DNA of 64,000 nucleotides, taken from assembly GCA_964016885.1 (NCBI GenBank), contig OZ024766.1:2728001-2792000 (forward strand). The letters run 5' to 3'. This document shows positions 40,890 to 56,331 of the stretch, one piece after another. Positions within the stretch are counted from its first letter, which is position 1; each line of letters begins with the position of its first letter. This DNA comes from Eledone cirrhosa. Lineage: Eukaryota. A program made the position numbers and the translations under genes. The notes beneath the pieces are model-generated. The model was not told the DNA's origin. It ran no database searches and saw nothing but the letters and a program-made list of their open reading frames with translations.

Positions 40890-42192
40890 TTTGTATACTT
40901 GAATATATATATATATTTGTCTACTTGATTATATATATATATATATATATATATATCATCATCATCATCGCCGTTTAACGTACATTCTCCCATGTTAACA
41001 TGGGTTATACGAGCTGTCCCGTTTTGTGGCAAGTCAGATCAGATGACCGTCTCTTGTTTATACACAACTATCTCTAGGTTGGTTTCTACGGCTAGATACC
41101 CATCCAAACGCCAACCATGTTTACAGTGTGGAGTTGCTCTTTTCTAAGCAACAAAATGATCACTATACAGAGTAGACAGGCCACTTTTTCTTATGTCACC
41201 AACACCACCACCACTTTACAGGGTGGACTGGATGCATTTGTCATGTCACCAACACTTTAGCGTGTAGACTGGGCACTTTTCATCATGTCACCAACACCAG
41301 CACTTTACAGGGTTGACTGAGAGCTTCAGTCATTTCAGCAGCATTGTGGGAGAGTGTTTATCTTCCCATGTTTGTATACATTGGTTGGTCTAGAGAGGTG
41401 CCTCAGATGTGTAAAGCGTGGTTGCATGTCTGTTGGGTGGGTACTTAGCTGGTGAAGTGTGGAGTGTTAAGTCGTGGGTGAAAGATGGAGTGTTAAGATA
41501 TGGGAGGTGTATGGAAGTGGGTGGCCATACTAGTAAGCTCTAGATATTGCTTCCTCTAATGCACATGGAAAGGCAGGTCTTCTGAAGTACAGCATAATGC
41601 CAGAGATTTCAATCCTATGTCATACACATCACACATCCATACCACTACAATCTCTTCTCCTGTACATTGCATCTGACCACTCATATGTCCAGTTTCTCTC
41701 TCAGTTCAATTACACTTTGCCATTCATACATAATATTATTACACATCCATCGGAGCAAGTTGAAATGACTGACTTGACAAATACCTCAAATATAAATCTT
41801 TTATTGACAAAACAGGGATTGAAATTTAAGACATTAATACAATTTATAGAATGGTTTATGAAAAACAAATAAATGATTTCAAAAAGAAACAAATACAAAG
41901 AGAAAAAGAAAAAGAGGAAAAGATTCACATAATCCTTCAATTATACACTACAGGGAATGTGGGTGTTGGCCTCTAAATATATCCTGAGGTCAGGGATAGA
42001 GGGTCCCTCAATTATACTCTACAACAGGGACTGTGTGTTGCCCTCTAAATATTTCTTGAGGCCAGTTACAGCATTATGTCATAGGATAGAGGGTCCCTCA
42101 ATTATACACTAAAGCAGGGAATGTGGGTGTTGCCCTCTAAATAATTCTTGAGGTCAGTTACACCACTAAGTTAGGGATAAAGGGCCCCTTAA

Positions 42193-42389
42193 CCCTTTAG
42201 CATTCACATTACTCTATATATACTATTATATTTTCATGGTAAAAGCTTTATCTCACATAATATCGAATCAATGAGATTTTGAAAGTATTTATTTTGAGAA
42301 CAATACCTTAACATCAGTTTGAGCGACCAGTTACAGCCAGTTTCAACAGAATGAGGTAGAGAATTCTGGCCGGTTTGAACATTAAAGGG
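42193..42389. mobile_element. ~197-bp piggyBac-like MITE with TTAA duplication (also 51908-52104, 61629-61825)
   Basis: TTAA|CCCTTTAGCATTCA...TGAACATTAAAGGG|TTAA. Confidence 0.82.
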
Positions 42390-42644
42390 TTAACTATACA
42401 CTACAACAGGGAATGTGGGTGTTGCCAAAAAATAAATTTAAGAAGACAACTATCAGACATGAGAATAACTTTAATCCCATTTAAAAATAAAATAAAAAAA
42501 ATGGAAAGCAATATTTAGCAAGCTATAGAAATACTAAGGGTTTCCTTGTGATGTTAGTTGACAATAAGTTTATATTTGTAAGATGAAGGACATGTCACAT
42601 TGTCAAGTTAAAAGGTTTGTTTATTTTTCTCTGTTTAAGTTACT

Positions 42645-43200
42645 GATATAGTTTTTCACCAGTGTCATCTTTTGTGCTTAGTTAAAGATAAGTTACTTCC
42701 AAAATATTCCCCACATGTTAAACAATGGTAATATTTCTCTCCAGTGTGGTCTTTTGTGTTTATTCAAGTTACTGTTACTTCCAAAATATTCCCCACATGT
42801 TAAACAGTGGTAATATTTCTCTCCAGTGTGGTCTTGTGTTTATTCAAGTTACTGTTACTTCCAAAATATTCCCCACATGTTAAACAGTGGTAATATTTCT
42901 CTCCAGTGTGGTCTTGTGTGTTTATTCAAATTAGTGTTACTTTCAAAATATTCCCCACATGTTACACAATGGTAATATTTCTCTCCAGTGTGGTCTTTTG
43001 TGTTTATTCAAATTAGTGTTACTTCCAAAATATTCCCCACATCTTAAACAATGGTAATATTTCTCTCCAGTGTGGTCTTTTGTGTTTATTCAAGTTACTG
43101 TTACTGCCAAAATATTCCCCACATGTTAAACAGTGGCCTCTCTCCAGTGTGTGTTCTTTGTTTATTTAAATGACTCCTTACAACAAAAGGGTACCTCTCC
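42645..43200 (-). pseudogene. Degenerate zinc-finger relic, 82-bp units (5 + partial)
   Basis: Same unit as 17990-18500. Confidence 0.85.
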
Positions 43201-44275
43201 AGGGCCTGATAATTTGTAAACCGTTGATCTCTTACCCTGTTGCTCAACTTCGTAGAAATAGCAGCCAAATTGCTCTACATTACTAGGTCAATGGAAGGAC
43301 ACACAAATACATATAGTCATACTTCCTTTCCTTTTATTTTATTTTAACCTCACACCCCTCAATTAGTTTCCAACTTGTTACCTTGGTAATTCAAACCCAC
43401 TCTCATTGTATGGCTTTTAAACACACATACCCACTTTTCATTTTCATATTCCACAAGGCTTCAAACTACACCACATATGTCTGTCCTGTGTGACCCCTAT
43501 TTTGAATTCATGCAGGATTTTTAAAACTATCATACAATAGACATCACACCGCCAGGTCTGACATACTCTATTTATACACCTCAGTGTCATTAATCTTTGT
43601 CTGTACATGGTACTAGTCTATATTATTCTCTTGTTTTACTATTTCTCTCCTATCTATATCTTATTCCCCTTTGACTAGGCCATCACACAGTTCTCTCCCT
43701 TATTTGTCAGTTGACACACTTACAATGCCCTTTTCTACTATATCTGTGTAATTCACCTAAAGGTATAACTTGCTCTACCTGTTTTATTAAATCCTAATGT
43801 GCTGTGGAATGTACGGTTTCAACCTTAATGAACCGAAACCTTAGTGATTTCCATAGGTTAGCTGATGAGATAGGACTGTGTTTTTCTTTTGTTTTTTCCA
43901 TTGTCTTTGTCTTTGAAAAATATATATATATATATATTTCGTCCAAACCCATGCAAGCGTGGAAGATGGACGTTAAACAATGATGATGATGATATAAATG
44001 TATGTGTATGTGTAAAATTAAAAACCATACGTGGGTGAGAACACAGAGGTTACAAACACAAGAACAATTCCCGCTCATCAGCTGTCTTCTGTGGATCACT
44101 ACAGTCTTGAATGCATTAAATCTTGTATTAAAAATACGATATCAAATTATCTCACCAATGTAAGATATAGTTATAGTGTTTGATGGTTGTTATTACAGTG
44201 TAATATCTTCTTTCATATGTAGATATATTTATGGTTAAAAAGACAAGTTTCATACAATGATTTTTGACACTGATA

Positions 44276-45058
44276 CTATTTCACTTCTGTATGAACAGAT
44301 ACATGTCTAGTTAATCTACTTTTTTGAGAGAATGATTCACCACAGATATCACAGTGATGAGGTTTCTCTCCTGTATGTATATATTTGTGTCTACTTAAGC
44401 TACTTGACTCTGAAAATGATTTACCACAGATACCACAGTGATAAGGTTTCTCTCCTGTATGACTACGTTTGTGTTTGGTTACGTCACTTGTATGAGAGAA
44501 TGATTTACCACAGATATCACAGTGATGAGGTTTCTCTCCTGTATGACTACGTTTGTGTCTAGTGACATCACTTGTATGAGAGAATGATTTACCACAGATA
44601 TCACAGTGATAAGGTTTCTCTCCTGTATGACTACGTTTGTGTATAGTTAAATGAGTTGTTCGAGAGAATGATTTACCACAGATATCACAGGGGTAAGGTT
44701 TCTCTCCTGTATGACTACGCTTGTGTTTGGTTACGTCACTTGTACGAGAGAATGATTTACCACAGATATCACACTGATGAGGTTTCTCTCCTGTATGAAT
44801 ATATTTGTGTCTAGATAAGCTACTTGAAAGTGAAAATGATTTACCACAGATATCACAGTGATGAGGTTTCTCTCCTGTATGACTATGTTTGTGCATATTT
44901 AAATGACCTAACTGAGAGAATGATTTACCACAGATATCACAGGGATAAGGTTTCTCTGCTTTATGACTACATTTGTGTCTAGTTACACCACTTATACAGG
45001 AGAATGATTTACCACAGATATCACAGCAGTATGATGATTTTCCTTCCTCTTCTGACAT
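44276..45058 (-). CDS. C2H2 zinc-finger protein, paralog 5: 260 aa, 9 fingers, protein identical to paralog 4
   Basis: ORF-track translation is identical. Confidence 0.93.
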   Translation of the reverse strand: MSEEEGKSSYCCDICGKSFSCISGVTRHKCSHKAEKPYPCDICGKSFSQLGHLNMHKHSHTGEKPHHCDICGKSFSLSSSLSRHKYIHTGEKPHQCDICGKSFSRTSDVTKHKRSHTGEKPYPCDICGKSFSRTTHLTIHKRSHTGEKPYHCDICGKSFSHTSDVTRHKRSHTGEKPHHCDICGKSFSHTSDVTKHKRSHTGEKPYHCGICGKSFSESSSLSRHKYIHTGEKPHHCDICGESFSQKSRLTRHVSVHTEVK

Positions 45059-45830
45059 CTCTTCAGGAAAAAATATCAATCTTTTAAGTCTCTTCCTAGA
45101 ATTTTTTCTCTCAACACAATATATTGATATTTTTGCTTGGTTTTGTTTTTACAGTTTATTCCCAATAAATATTTCCTCTGTTAAATCTCCATCAGCTCTG
45201 CTCTTTGTTGATATCTGAATATGATGCAAATTCCTTTGTAAATTTTTGCAACTTTACTAAGAATGCAGAATCTTCTTGTACATTTTCCAGATAGGAAGAA
45301 GAGAAATCTTTCCATCAACCTCAGTTTAGAAGAAATATTTCACTGTAATTCACCAAATGTTGATATAAAAACACTTATATAAACACTGTGTGAAATCTTG
45401 TGTTAGTCTTTTAAACAATGATATTGATGTTGTATCTGAAGTTAAAATTTCTCTTCTGTCAGTGTCATGTGATATTCTGAAATAACAGAGAAACAAAATA
45501 AGATATAGAGGAGAGGATATTAAAATGTTGTGATTCAACAATGGAAATTTTACCTTTCTTTAATGATAAATAGTCAACATCATCATCGTTTAACATCCAT
45601 CTTCCACACTAGTGTAAAATTTATATAATGAAAATAAAAATGATACACACACGTATATATACACACATGTATAAACACACGCATTTATATATAAATATAC
45701 ATACACAACATATATGTGTATATATATATATATGTGTATACACGTGTGTGTATATATATATGTATATGTGTATATATATGTGCATGTGCATGTGTATATA
45801 TATATATACACACATATACATATATACGTG

Positions 45831-45862
<32 letters not shown>

Positions 45863-46599
45863 TTTATATATATATACGTGTATATATATATATCATCATT
45901 TCATTTCATTTTACGTCCGCTTCTTCCCTGCTTGCAAGGGTGGGACGGGAACTGATTATGGCTTGATTTCTACAGCTGGATGCCCTTCCTAACACCAACC
46001 TCATTTACAGTGAGTGCTGGGTGCTTTTTTGCCGTGGCACCTCCACGACCACTTTACAGTGGAATGATAGGGACCCCATCTCATTTCTACAGCTGAGTAA
46101 ACTGGAGCAATGTGAAATAAAGTGTCTTGCTCAAGGAAACAACACATCACCCGGTCTGAGAATTGAACTCACAACCTTTCGATTGCAAGGCCAATGCTCT
46201 AACCACTAAGCCATATGCCTCCATGTATATATACACATATACATTCATATATATACACATGCATATATGTTGTGTGAGTATATATATACACACACACATA
46301 CGTGTGCATGCGTATACATGTAATATGTATACATTGCCACTGGTAAAGGAAGTATTGTTTTTCTTCTGCACCATGCAAAACATTAAGTCAAAGCTATGTA
46401 CATGAAGATATTGGTATTTACTGAAGTTATCTATCAAATATACATAAATGCTGTTGGTCAGACATACTGTCTAAAGACTCTAAATTATTGTCTACACATG
46501 GTTTTAGTAGTTAAGTTATGGATGGACAGTAATGTACTTTCACCAACTGCTATGTTATATGATATTATCTGTGGATTTGTTTGCAATTTTGTAGTTGAT

Positions 46600-47888
46600 T
46601 CCCTCAATGACACACTACAACAGGGAATGTGGGTGAGGCCCTAATATTTCTTGAGGCCAGTTACAGCATTATGTCATGGGATAGAGGGTCCCTCAATTAC
46701 ACACTACAACAGGGAATGTGGGTGTTGCCCTCTAAATATTTCTTGAGGCCAGTTACAGCATTATGTCATGGGACAGAGGGTCCCTCAATTACACACTACA
46801 ACAGGGAATGTGGGTGAGGCACTCTAAATATTTCTTGAGGCCAGTTACAGCATTATGTCATGGGATAGAGGGTCCCTCAATTACACACTACAACAGGGAA
46901 TGTGGGTGAGGCACTCTAAATATTTCTTGAGGCCAGTTACAGCATTATGTCATGGGATAGAGGGTCCCTCAATTACACACTACAACAGGGAATGTGGGTG
47001 AGGCACTCTAAATATTTCTTGAGGCCAGTTACAGCATTATGTCATGGGATAGAGGGTCCCTCAATTACACACTACAACAGGGAATGTGGGTGTTGCCCTC
47101 AAAATATTTCTTGAGGCCAGTTACAGCATTATGTCATGGGATAGAGGGTCCCTCAATTACACACTACAACAGGGAATGTGGGTGAGGCACTCTAAATATT
47201 TCTTGAGGCCAGTTACAGCATTATGTCATGGGATAGAGGGTCCCTCAATTATACACTGGAACAAGGAATGTGGGTGTTGCCCTCTAAATATTTCTTGAGG
47301 CCAGTTACAGCATTATGTCATGGGATAGAGGGTCCCTCAATTACACACTACAACAGGGAATGTGGGTGTTGCTCTCTAAATATTTCTTGAGGCCAGTTAC
47401 AGCATTATGTCATGGGATAGAGGGTCCCTCAATTACACACTACAACAGGGAATGTGGGTGTTGCCCTCTAAATATTTCTTGAGGCCAGTTACAGCATTAT
47501 GTCATGGGATAGAGGGTCCCTCAATTATACACTGGAACAAGGAATGTGGGTGTTGCCCTCTAAATATTTCTTGAGGCCAGTTACAGCATTATGTCATGGG
47601 ATAGAGGGTCCCTCAATTACACACTACAATAGGGAATGTGGGTGTTTCCCTCTAAATATTTCTTGAGGCCAGTTACAGCATTATGTCATGGGATAGAGGG
47701 TCCCTCAATTACACACTACAACAGAGAATGTGGGTGTTACCCTCTAAATATTTCTTGAGGCCAGTTACAGCATTATGTCATGGGATAGAGGGTCCCTCAA
47801 TTACACACTATAACAGGGAATGTGGGTGTTGCCCTCTAAATATTTCTTGAGGTCAGTTACAGCATTAAGTCAGGTATAGAGGGTCCCT
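46600..47888. repeat. 92-bp tandem repeat, ~14 copies
   Basis: Same unit as 36698-38170. Confidence 0.97.
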
Positions 47889-50800
47889 TCACCCTTTAGC
47901 ATTCACATTACTCTATATATACTATTATATTTTCATGGTAAATGCTTTATCTCACATAATATCGAATCTATGAGATTTTGAAAGTATTTATTTTGAGAAC
48001 AATACCGTAACATCAGTTTGAGCAACCAGTTACAGCCCGTTTCAACAGAAAGAAGTAGAGAATTCTGGCCAGTTTGAACATTAAATGGTTAACTATACAC
48101 TACAACAGGGAATGTGGGTGTTGCCAAAAAATAAATTTAAGAAGACAACTATCAGACATGAGAATGACTTTAATCCCATTTAAAAATAAAAAAAAAAAAA
48201 ATGGAAAGCAATATTTAGAAGCTGTAGAAATACTAAGGGTTTCCTTGTGATGTTAGTTGACAATAAGTTTATATTTGTAAGATGAAGGACATGTCACATT
48301 GTCAAGTTATAAGGTTTGTTTATTTTTCTGTTTAAGTTACTGATATAGTTTTTCACCAGTGTCATCTTTTGTGCTTATTTAAAGATAAGTTACTGCCAAA
48401 ATATTCCCCACATGTTAAACAGTGGCTTCTCTCCAGTGTGTGTTCTTTGTTTATTTAAATGACTCCTTACAACAAAAGATTTTCTATGTTTCACAACGAA
48501 AGGGTTTCTCTCCAGAGCCTGATAATTTGTAAACCGTTAAGTGATCTCTTATCCTGTTGCTCAACTTTGTAGAAATAGCAGCCAAATTGCTCTACATTAC
48601 TAGGTCAATGGAAGGACACACAGACACATATATAGTCATATTTCCTTTTAACCTCACCTCCCTCAATTAGATTCCAACTTGTTACCTTGGTAATTCAAAC
48701 CCACTCTCATTGTATGGCTATTAAACACACATACCTACTTTTCATTTTCATATTCCACAAGGCTTCAAACTACCACACCACATATATATCTGTCCTGTGT
48801 GACCCCTATTTTGAATTCATGCAGGATGTTTAAACTATCATATAATAGACATCACACCGCCTGGTCTGACATCCTCTATTCTCCCTTCTCACCTTTTCTA
48901 CACCTCATGTATAGTTAAGGCTATAACATCAATAAAAAGAGACATGCAAAGAAAAATTGCCATCAGAGAAACCTCCAAGAGTCTCATCTGCTCCATTTTT
49001 TAAAATAATTAGTGGTTTCTGACTGATTTTGAGGTCAGATTTGTCGAGAACATGGAGATAAAACTTGGGTTGAAAATAAACAATTTCCCTTCGAACGACT
49101 GAGGGGTTAGGGTTATAATACAAGGTTGTGAACAACATGATTTATTAGACTGAGGTTATTTAAATAATTAAGACAGACATGACAAGGTATTAGTATAGAA
49201 GATTGGCAGTATCAGTAGAGCGTTAGACGCAGTGCTTTACACCATAGAGTTATGTCATTTTACGGTCTGAGTTCAAATCCCGCCGAGGTTAACTTTGCCT
49301 TTCATCTTTGCAGGGTCGATAAAATAAAGTACCAGTAATACACAGGGGTTGTGCTGGCCTTGTGCCAAAAGTAGATACAATTATTATAGAAGTATACCCT
49401 GCTTTGATATCAGTAGGGGAAAACATTTTCACTGTTTCCTTTTTTCGTGTGCTATCAACCAATCTGACCTCCAAGGGGCTCGCAATTGACATTTGTCCAG
49501 CAAGATTGAAATGTTGGGAAGGGCTCCCACCAGCTTCTCGGAGTTTACCCAACCATTTTTCTTTCCAAGTATTATTAACGAATCTCACCTCCCAACAAGT
49601 AGGAAATGACTAGATTTATAGAAAAACTAGGGTGAAAGGGAGTGAAAAGACGATCGGAGGTTCACAGATCTACACCCACCTCGCCTTTCGTGGGGAAAAA
49701 TTACCTTTTTTTTATTTTGTGCTGTCAACTAATCTGACCCCCAAGGTGCTCCCAATCATCTTTTTCTCCCGGATTAGGGTTTCTGTTCTCCAGATAGAAA
49801 TCGATTGTGAGAATCTTGGAAGTTAGATTAGTTGATAGCACACGAAATAACCGAGGAAAGAAATTATTTTCCCACTGAAATGGAGGGTTGTGCTGTATAA
49901 ATTGACCTAAACTACACATTATAATACAAGGTAGTGAACAACATGATTAAATAGACGGAGGTAACTTAAATAATAAAGACACTTATAATAACAATCTATT
50001 TTATATCACATGTAACAGTAGAATCTAGCTATTGTAAAATAAGACAACATTTCAGTCTAGAAGTATTTTCCTGTATATAAAAGTGACGAGGAAGAAATAT
50101 GTCCAAAGTTGTTAAATATTTTCACTTGTATATAATTACTGTATCGTTGAAAGGTTCACATAATTCTATTATTTACACACATTATTATAGACTTCAAGTA
50201 AATCTTTCTCAACTTACCCTCTTCACATGTAATCAATGTGTTGTCTTCTTATATTTTATTAAACAAAGAAATAATCTCCTTGTTGTTGTTGAATAAGAAT
50301 TTCCAAAGATTTCATCAGCTTTTCTTTGTCCGCCATTAACGTTGGTGTATCTTCTTATTCTTTAGCCACAGATTCGTATCTTGTCACAATGAAGCTGTTA
50401 AGCTAGCTTTCTTTCTTTCTCCCTCAGTGAATTGGCAGTATCGGTAGAGGGTCTGACATGCTTTCCAGCATAGCCAAGTCCCTTTACGATCTGAGTTCAA
50501 ATCCCGCCGAGGTTAACTTTGCCTTTCATCCTTATGGGGTCGATAAAATAAAGTACCAGTAATACACTCGTGTATTGCTGGCCTTGTGCCAAAAGTAGAA
50601 ACAATTATTTGTATACTTGAATATATATATATATTTGTCTACTTGATTATATATATATATATATATATATATATCATCATCATCGCCGTTTAACGTACAT
50701 TCTCCCATGTTAACATGGGTTATACGAGCTGTCCCGTTTTGTGGCAAGTCAGATCAGATGACCGTCTCTTGTTTATACACAACTATCTCTAGGTTGGTTT

Positions 50801-52364
50801 CTACGGCTAGATACCCATCCAAACGCCAACCATGTTTACAGTGTGGAGTTGCTCTTTTCTAAGCAACAAAATGATCACTATACAGAGTAGACAGGCCACT
50901 TTTTCTTATGTCACCAACACCACCACCACTTTACAGGGTGGACTGGATGCATTTGTCATGTCACCAACACTTTAGCGTGTAGACTGGGCACTTTTCATCA
51001 TGTCACCAACACCAGCACTTTACAGGGTTGACTGAGAGCTTCAGTCATTTCAGCAGCATTGTGGGAGAGTGTTTATCTTCCCATGTTTGTATACATTGGT
51101 TGGTCTAGAGAGGTGCCTCAGATGTGTAAAGCGTGGTTGCATGTCTGTTGGGTGGGTACTTAGCTGGTGAAGGGTGGAGTGTTAAGTCGTGGGTGAAAGA
51201 TGGAGTGTTAAGATATGGGAGGTGTATGGAAGTGGGTGGCCATACTAGTAAGCTCTAGATATTGCTTCCTCTAATGCACATGGAAAGGCAGGTCTTCTGA
51301 AGTACAGCATAATGCCAGAGATTTCAATCCTATGTCATACACATCACACATCCATACCACTACAATCTCTTCTCCTGTACATTGCATCTGACCACTCATA
51401 TGTCCAGTTTCTCTCTCAGTTCAATTACACTTTGCCATTCATACATAATATTATTACACATCCATCGGAGCACGTTGAAATGACTGACTTGACAAATACC
51501 TCAAATATAAATCTTTTATTGACAAAACAGGGATTGAAATTTAAGACATTAATACAATTTATAGAATGGTTTATAAAAAACAAATAAATGATTTCAAAAA
51601 GAAACAAATACAAAGAGAAAAAGAAAAAGAGGAAAAGATTCACATAATCCTTCAATTATACACTACAGGGAATGTGGGTGTTGGCCTCTAAATATATCCT
51701 GAGGTCAGGGATAGAGGGTCCCTCAATTATACTCTACAACAGGGACTGTGTGTTGCCCTCTAAATATTTCTTGAGGCCAGTTACAGCATTATGTCATAGG
51801 ATAGAGGGTCCCTCAATTATACACTAAAGCAGGGAATGTGGGTGTTGCCCTCTAAATAATTCTTGAGGTCAGTTACACCACTAAGTTAGGGATAAAGGGC
51901 CCCTTAACCCTTTAGCATTCACATTACTCTATATATACTATTATATTTTCATGGTAAAAGCTTTATCTCACATAATATCGAATCAATGAGATTTTGAAAG
52001 TATTTATTTTGAGAACAATACCTTAACATCAGTTTGAGCGACCAGTTACAGCCAGTTTCAACAGAATGAGGTAGAGAATTCTGGCCGGTTTGAACATTAA
52101 AGGGTTAACTATACACTACAACAGGGAATGTGGGTGTTGCCAAAAAATAAATTTAAGAAGACAACTATCAGACATGAGAATAACTTTAATCCCATTTAAA
52201 AATAAAATAAAAAAAATGGAAAGCAATATTTAGCAAGCTATAGAAATACTAAGGGTTTCCTTGTGATGTTAGTTGACAATAAGTTTATATTTGTAAGATG
52301 AAGGACATGTCACATTGTCAAGTTAAAAGGTTTGTTTATTTTTCTCTGTTTAAGTTACTGATAT

Positions 52365-52920
52365 AGTTTTTCACCAGTGTCATCGTTTGTGCTTAGTTAA
52401 AGATAAGTTACTTCCAAAATATTCCCCACATGTTAAACAATGGTAATATTTCTCTCCAGTGTGGTCTTTTGTGTTTATTCAAGTTACTGTTACTTCCAAA
52501 ATATTCCCCACATGTTAAACAGTGGTAATATTTCTCTCCAGTGTGGTCTTTTGTGTTTATTCAAGTTACTGTTACTTCCAAAATATTCCCCACATGTTAA
52601 ACAGTGGTAATATTTCTCTCCAGTGTGGTCTTGTGTGTTTATTCAAATTAGTGTTACTTTCAAAATATTCCCCACATGTTACACAATAGTAATATTTCTC
52701 TCCAGTGTGGTCTTTTGTGTTTATTCAAATTAGTGTTACTTCCAAAATATTCCCCACATCTTAAACAATGGTAATATTTCTCTCCAGTGTGGTCTTTTGT
52801 GTTTATTCAAGTTACTGTTACTGCCAAAATATTCCCCACATGTTAAACAGTGGCCTCTCTCCAGTGTGTGTTCTTTGTTTATTTAAATGACTCCTTACAA
52901 CAAAAGGGTACCTCTCCAGG
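52365..52920 (-). pseudogene. Degenerate zinc-finger relic, 82-bp units (5 + partial)
   Basis: Same unit as 17990-18500. Confidence 0.85.
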
Positions 52921-53992
52921 GCCTGATAATTTGTAAACCGTTGATCTCTTACCCTGTTGCTCAACTTCGTAGAAATAGCAGCCAAATTGCTCTACATTAC
53001 TAGGTCAATGGAAGGACACACAAATACATATAGTCATACTTCCTTTCCTTTTATTTTATTTTAACCTCACACCCCTCAATTAGTTTCCAACTTGTTACCT
53101 TGGTAATTCAAACCCACTCTCATTGTATGGCTTTTAAACACACATACCCACTTTTCATTTTCATATTCCACAAGGCTTCAAACTACACCACATATGTCTG
53201 TCCTGTGTGACCCCTATTTTGAATTCATGCAGGATTTTTAAAACTATCATACAATAGACATCACACCGCCAGGTCTGACATACTCTATTTATACACCTCA
53301 GTGTCATTAATCTTTGTCTGTACATGGTACTAGTCTATATTATTCTCTTGTTTTACTATTTCTCTCCTATCTATATCTTATTCCCCTTTGACTAGGCCAT
53401 CACACAGTTCTCTCCCTTATTTGTCAGTTGCCACACTTACAATGCCCTTTTCTACTATATCTGTGTAATTCACCTAAAGGTATAACTTGCTCTACCTGTT
53501 TTATTAAATCCTAATGTGCTGTGGAATGTACGGTTTCAACCTTAATGAACCGAAACCTTAGTGATTTCCATAGGTTAGCTGATGAGATAGGACTGTGTTT
53601 TTCTTTTGTTTTTTCCATTGTCTTTGTCTTTGAAAAATATATATATATATATATTTCGTCCAAACCCATGCAAGCGTGGAAGATGGACGTTAAACAATGA
53701 TGATGATGATATAAATGTATGTGTATGTGTAAAATTAAAAACCATACGTGGGTGAGAACACAGAGGTTACAAACACAAGAACAATTCCCGCTCATCAGCT
53801 GTCTTCTGTGGATCACTACAGTCTTGAATGCATTAAATCTTGTATTAAAAATACGATATCAAATTATCTCACCAATGTAAGATATAGTTATAGTGTTTGA
53901 TGGTTGTTATTACAGTGTAATATCTTCTTTCATATGTAGATATATTTATGGTTAAAAAGACAAGTTTCATACAATGATTTTTGACACTGATA

Positions 53993-54775
53993 CTATTTCA
54001 CTTCTGTATGAACAGATACATGTCTAGTTAATCTACTTTTTTGAGAGAATGATTCACCACAGATATCACAGTGATGAGGTTTCTCTCCTGTATGTATATA
54101 TTTGTGTCTACTTAAGCTACTTGACTCTGAAAATGATTTACCACAGATACCACAGTGATAAGGTTTCTCTCCTGTATGACTACGTTTGTGTTTGGTTACG
54201 TCACTTGTATGAGAGAATGATTTACCACAGATATCACAGTGATGAGGTTTCTCTCCTGTATGACTACGTTTGTGTCTAGTGACATCACTTGTATGAGAGA
54301 ATGATTTACCACAGATATCACAGTGATAAGGTTTCTCTCCTGTATGACTACGTTTGTGTATAGTTAAATGAGTTGTTCGAGAGAATGATTTACCACAGAT
54401 ATCACAGGGGTAAGGTTTCTCTCCTGTATGACTACGCTTGTGTTTGGTTACGTCACTTGTACGAGAGAATGATTTACCACAGATATCACACTGATGAGGT
54501 TTCTCTCCTGTATGAATATATTTGTGTCTAGATAAGCTACTTGAAAGTGAAAATGATTTACCACAGATATCACAGTGATGAGGTTTCTCTCCTGTATGAC
54601 TATGTTTGTGCATATTTAAATGACCTAACTGAGAGAATGATTTACCACAGATATCACAGGGATAAGGTTTCTCTGCTTTATGACTACATTTGTGTCTAGT
54701 TACACCACTTATACAGGAGAATGATTTACCACAGATATCACAGCAGTATGATGATTTTCCTTCCTCTTCTGACAT
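53993..54775 (-). CDS. C2H2 zinc-finger protein, paralog 6: 260 aa, 9 fingers, protein identical to paralogs 4 and 5
   Basis: ORF-track translation is identical. Confidence 0.93.
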   Translation of the reverse strand: MSEEEGKSSYCCDICGKSFSCISGVTRHKCSHKAEKPYPCDICGKSFSQLGHLNMHKHSHTGEKPHHCDICGKSFSLSSSLSRHKYIHTGEKPHQCDICGKSFSRTSDVTKHKRSHTGEKPYPCDICGKSFSRTTHLTIHKRSHTGEKPYHCDICGKSFSHTSDVTRHKRSHTGEKPHHCDICGKSFSHTSDVTKHKRSHTGEKPYHCGICGKSFSESSSLSRHKYIHTGEKPHHCDICGESFSQKSRLTRHVSVHTEVK

Positions 54776-55511
54776 CTCTTCAGGAAAAAATATCAATCTT
54801 TTAAGTCTCTTCCTAGAATTTTTTCTCTCAACACAATATATTGATATTTTTGCTTGGTTTTGTTTTTACAGTTTATTCCCAATAAATATTTCCTCTGTTA
54901 AATCTCCATCAGCTCTGCTCTTTGTTGATATCTGAATATGATGCAAATTCCTTTGTAAATTTTTGCAACTTTACTAAGAATGCAGAATCTTCTTGTACAT
55001 TTTCCAGATAGGAAGAAGAGAAATCTTTCCATCAACCTCAGTTTAGAAGAAATATTTCACTGTAATTCACCAAATGTTGATATAAAAACACTTATATAAA
55101 CACTGTGTGAAATCTTGTGTTAGTCTTTTAAACAATGATATTGATGTTGTATCTGAAGTTAAAATTTCTCTTCTGTCAATGTCATGTGATATTCTGAAAT
55201 AACAGAGAAACAAAATAAGATATAGAGGAGAGGATATTAAAATGTTGTGATTCAACAATGGAAATTTTACCTTTCTTTAATGATAAATAGTCAACATCAT
55301 CATCGTTTAACATCCATCTTCCACACTAGTGTAAAATTTATATAATGAAAATAAAAATGATACACACACGTATATATACACACATATATAAACACACGCA
55401 TTTATATATAAATATACATACACAACATATATGTGTATATATATATATATGTGTATACACATGTGTGTATATATATATGTATATGTGTATATATATGTGC
55501 ATGTGCATGTG

Positions 55512-55543
<32 letters not shown>

Positions 55544-55553
55544 TATATACGTG

Positions 55554-55585
<32 letters not shown>

Positions 55586-56331
55586 TTTATATATATATAC
55601 GTGTATATATATATATCATCATTTCATTTCATTTTACGTCCGCTTCTTCCCTGCTTGCAAGGGTGGGACGGGAACTGATTATGGCTTGATTTCTACAGCT
55701 GGATGCCCTTCCTAACACCAACCTCATTTACAGTGAGTGCTGGGTGCTTTTTTGCCGTGGCACCTCCACGACCACTTTACAGTGGAATGATAGGGACCCC
55801 AGTCCCTATCATCTCATTTCTACAGCTGAGTAAACTGGAGCAATGTGAAATAAAGTGTCTTGCTCAAGGAAACAACACATCACCCGGTCTGAGAATTGAA
55901 CTCACAACCTTTCGATTGCAAGGCCAATGCTCTAACCACTAAGCCATATGCCTCCATGTATATATACACATATACATTCATATATATACACATGCATATA
56001 TGTTGTGTGAGTATATATATACACACACACATACGTGTGCATGCGTATACATGTAATATGTATACATTGCCACTGGTAAAGGAAGTATTGTTTTTCTTCT
56101 GCACCATGCAAAACATTAAGTCAAAGCTATGTACATGAAGATTTGGTATTTACTGAAGTTATCTATCAAATATACATAAATGCTGTTGGTCAGACATACT
56201 GTCTAAAGACTCTAAATTATTGTCTACACATGGTTTTAGTAGTTAAGTTATGGATGGACAGTAATGTACTTTCACCAACTGCTATGTTATATGATATTAT
56301 CTGTGGATTTGTTTGCAATTTTGTAGTTGAT

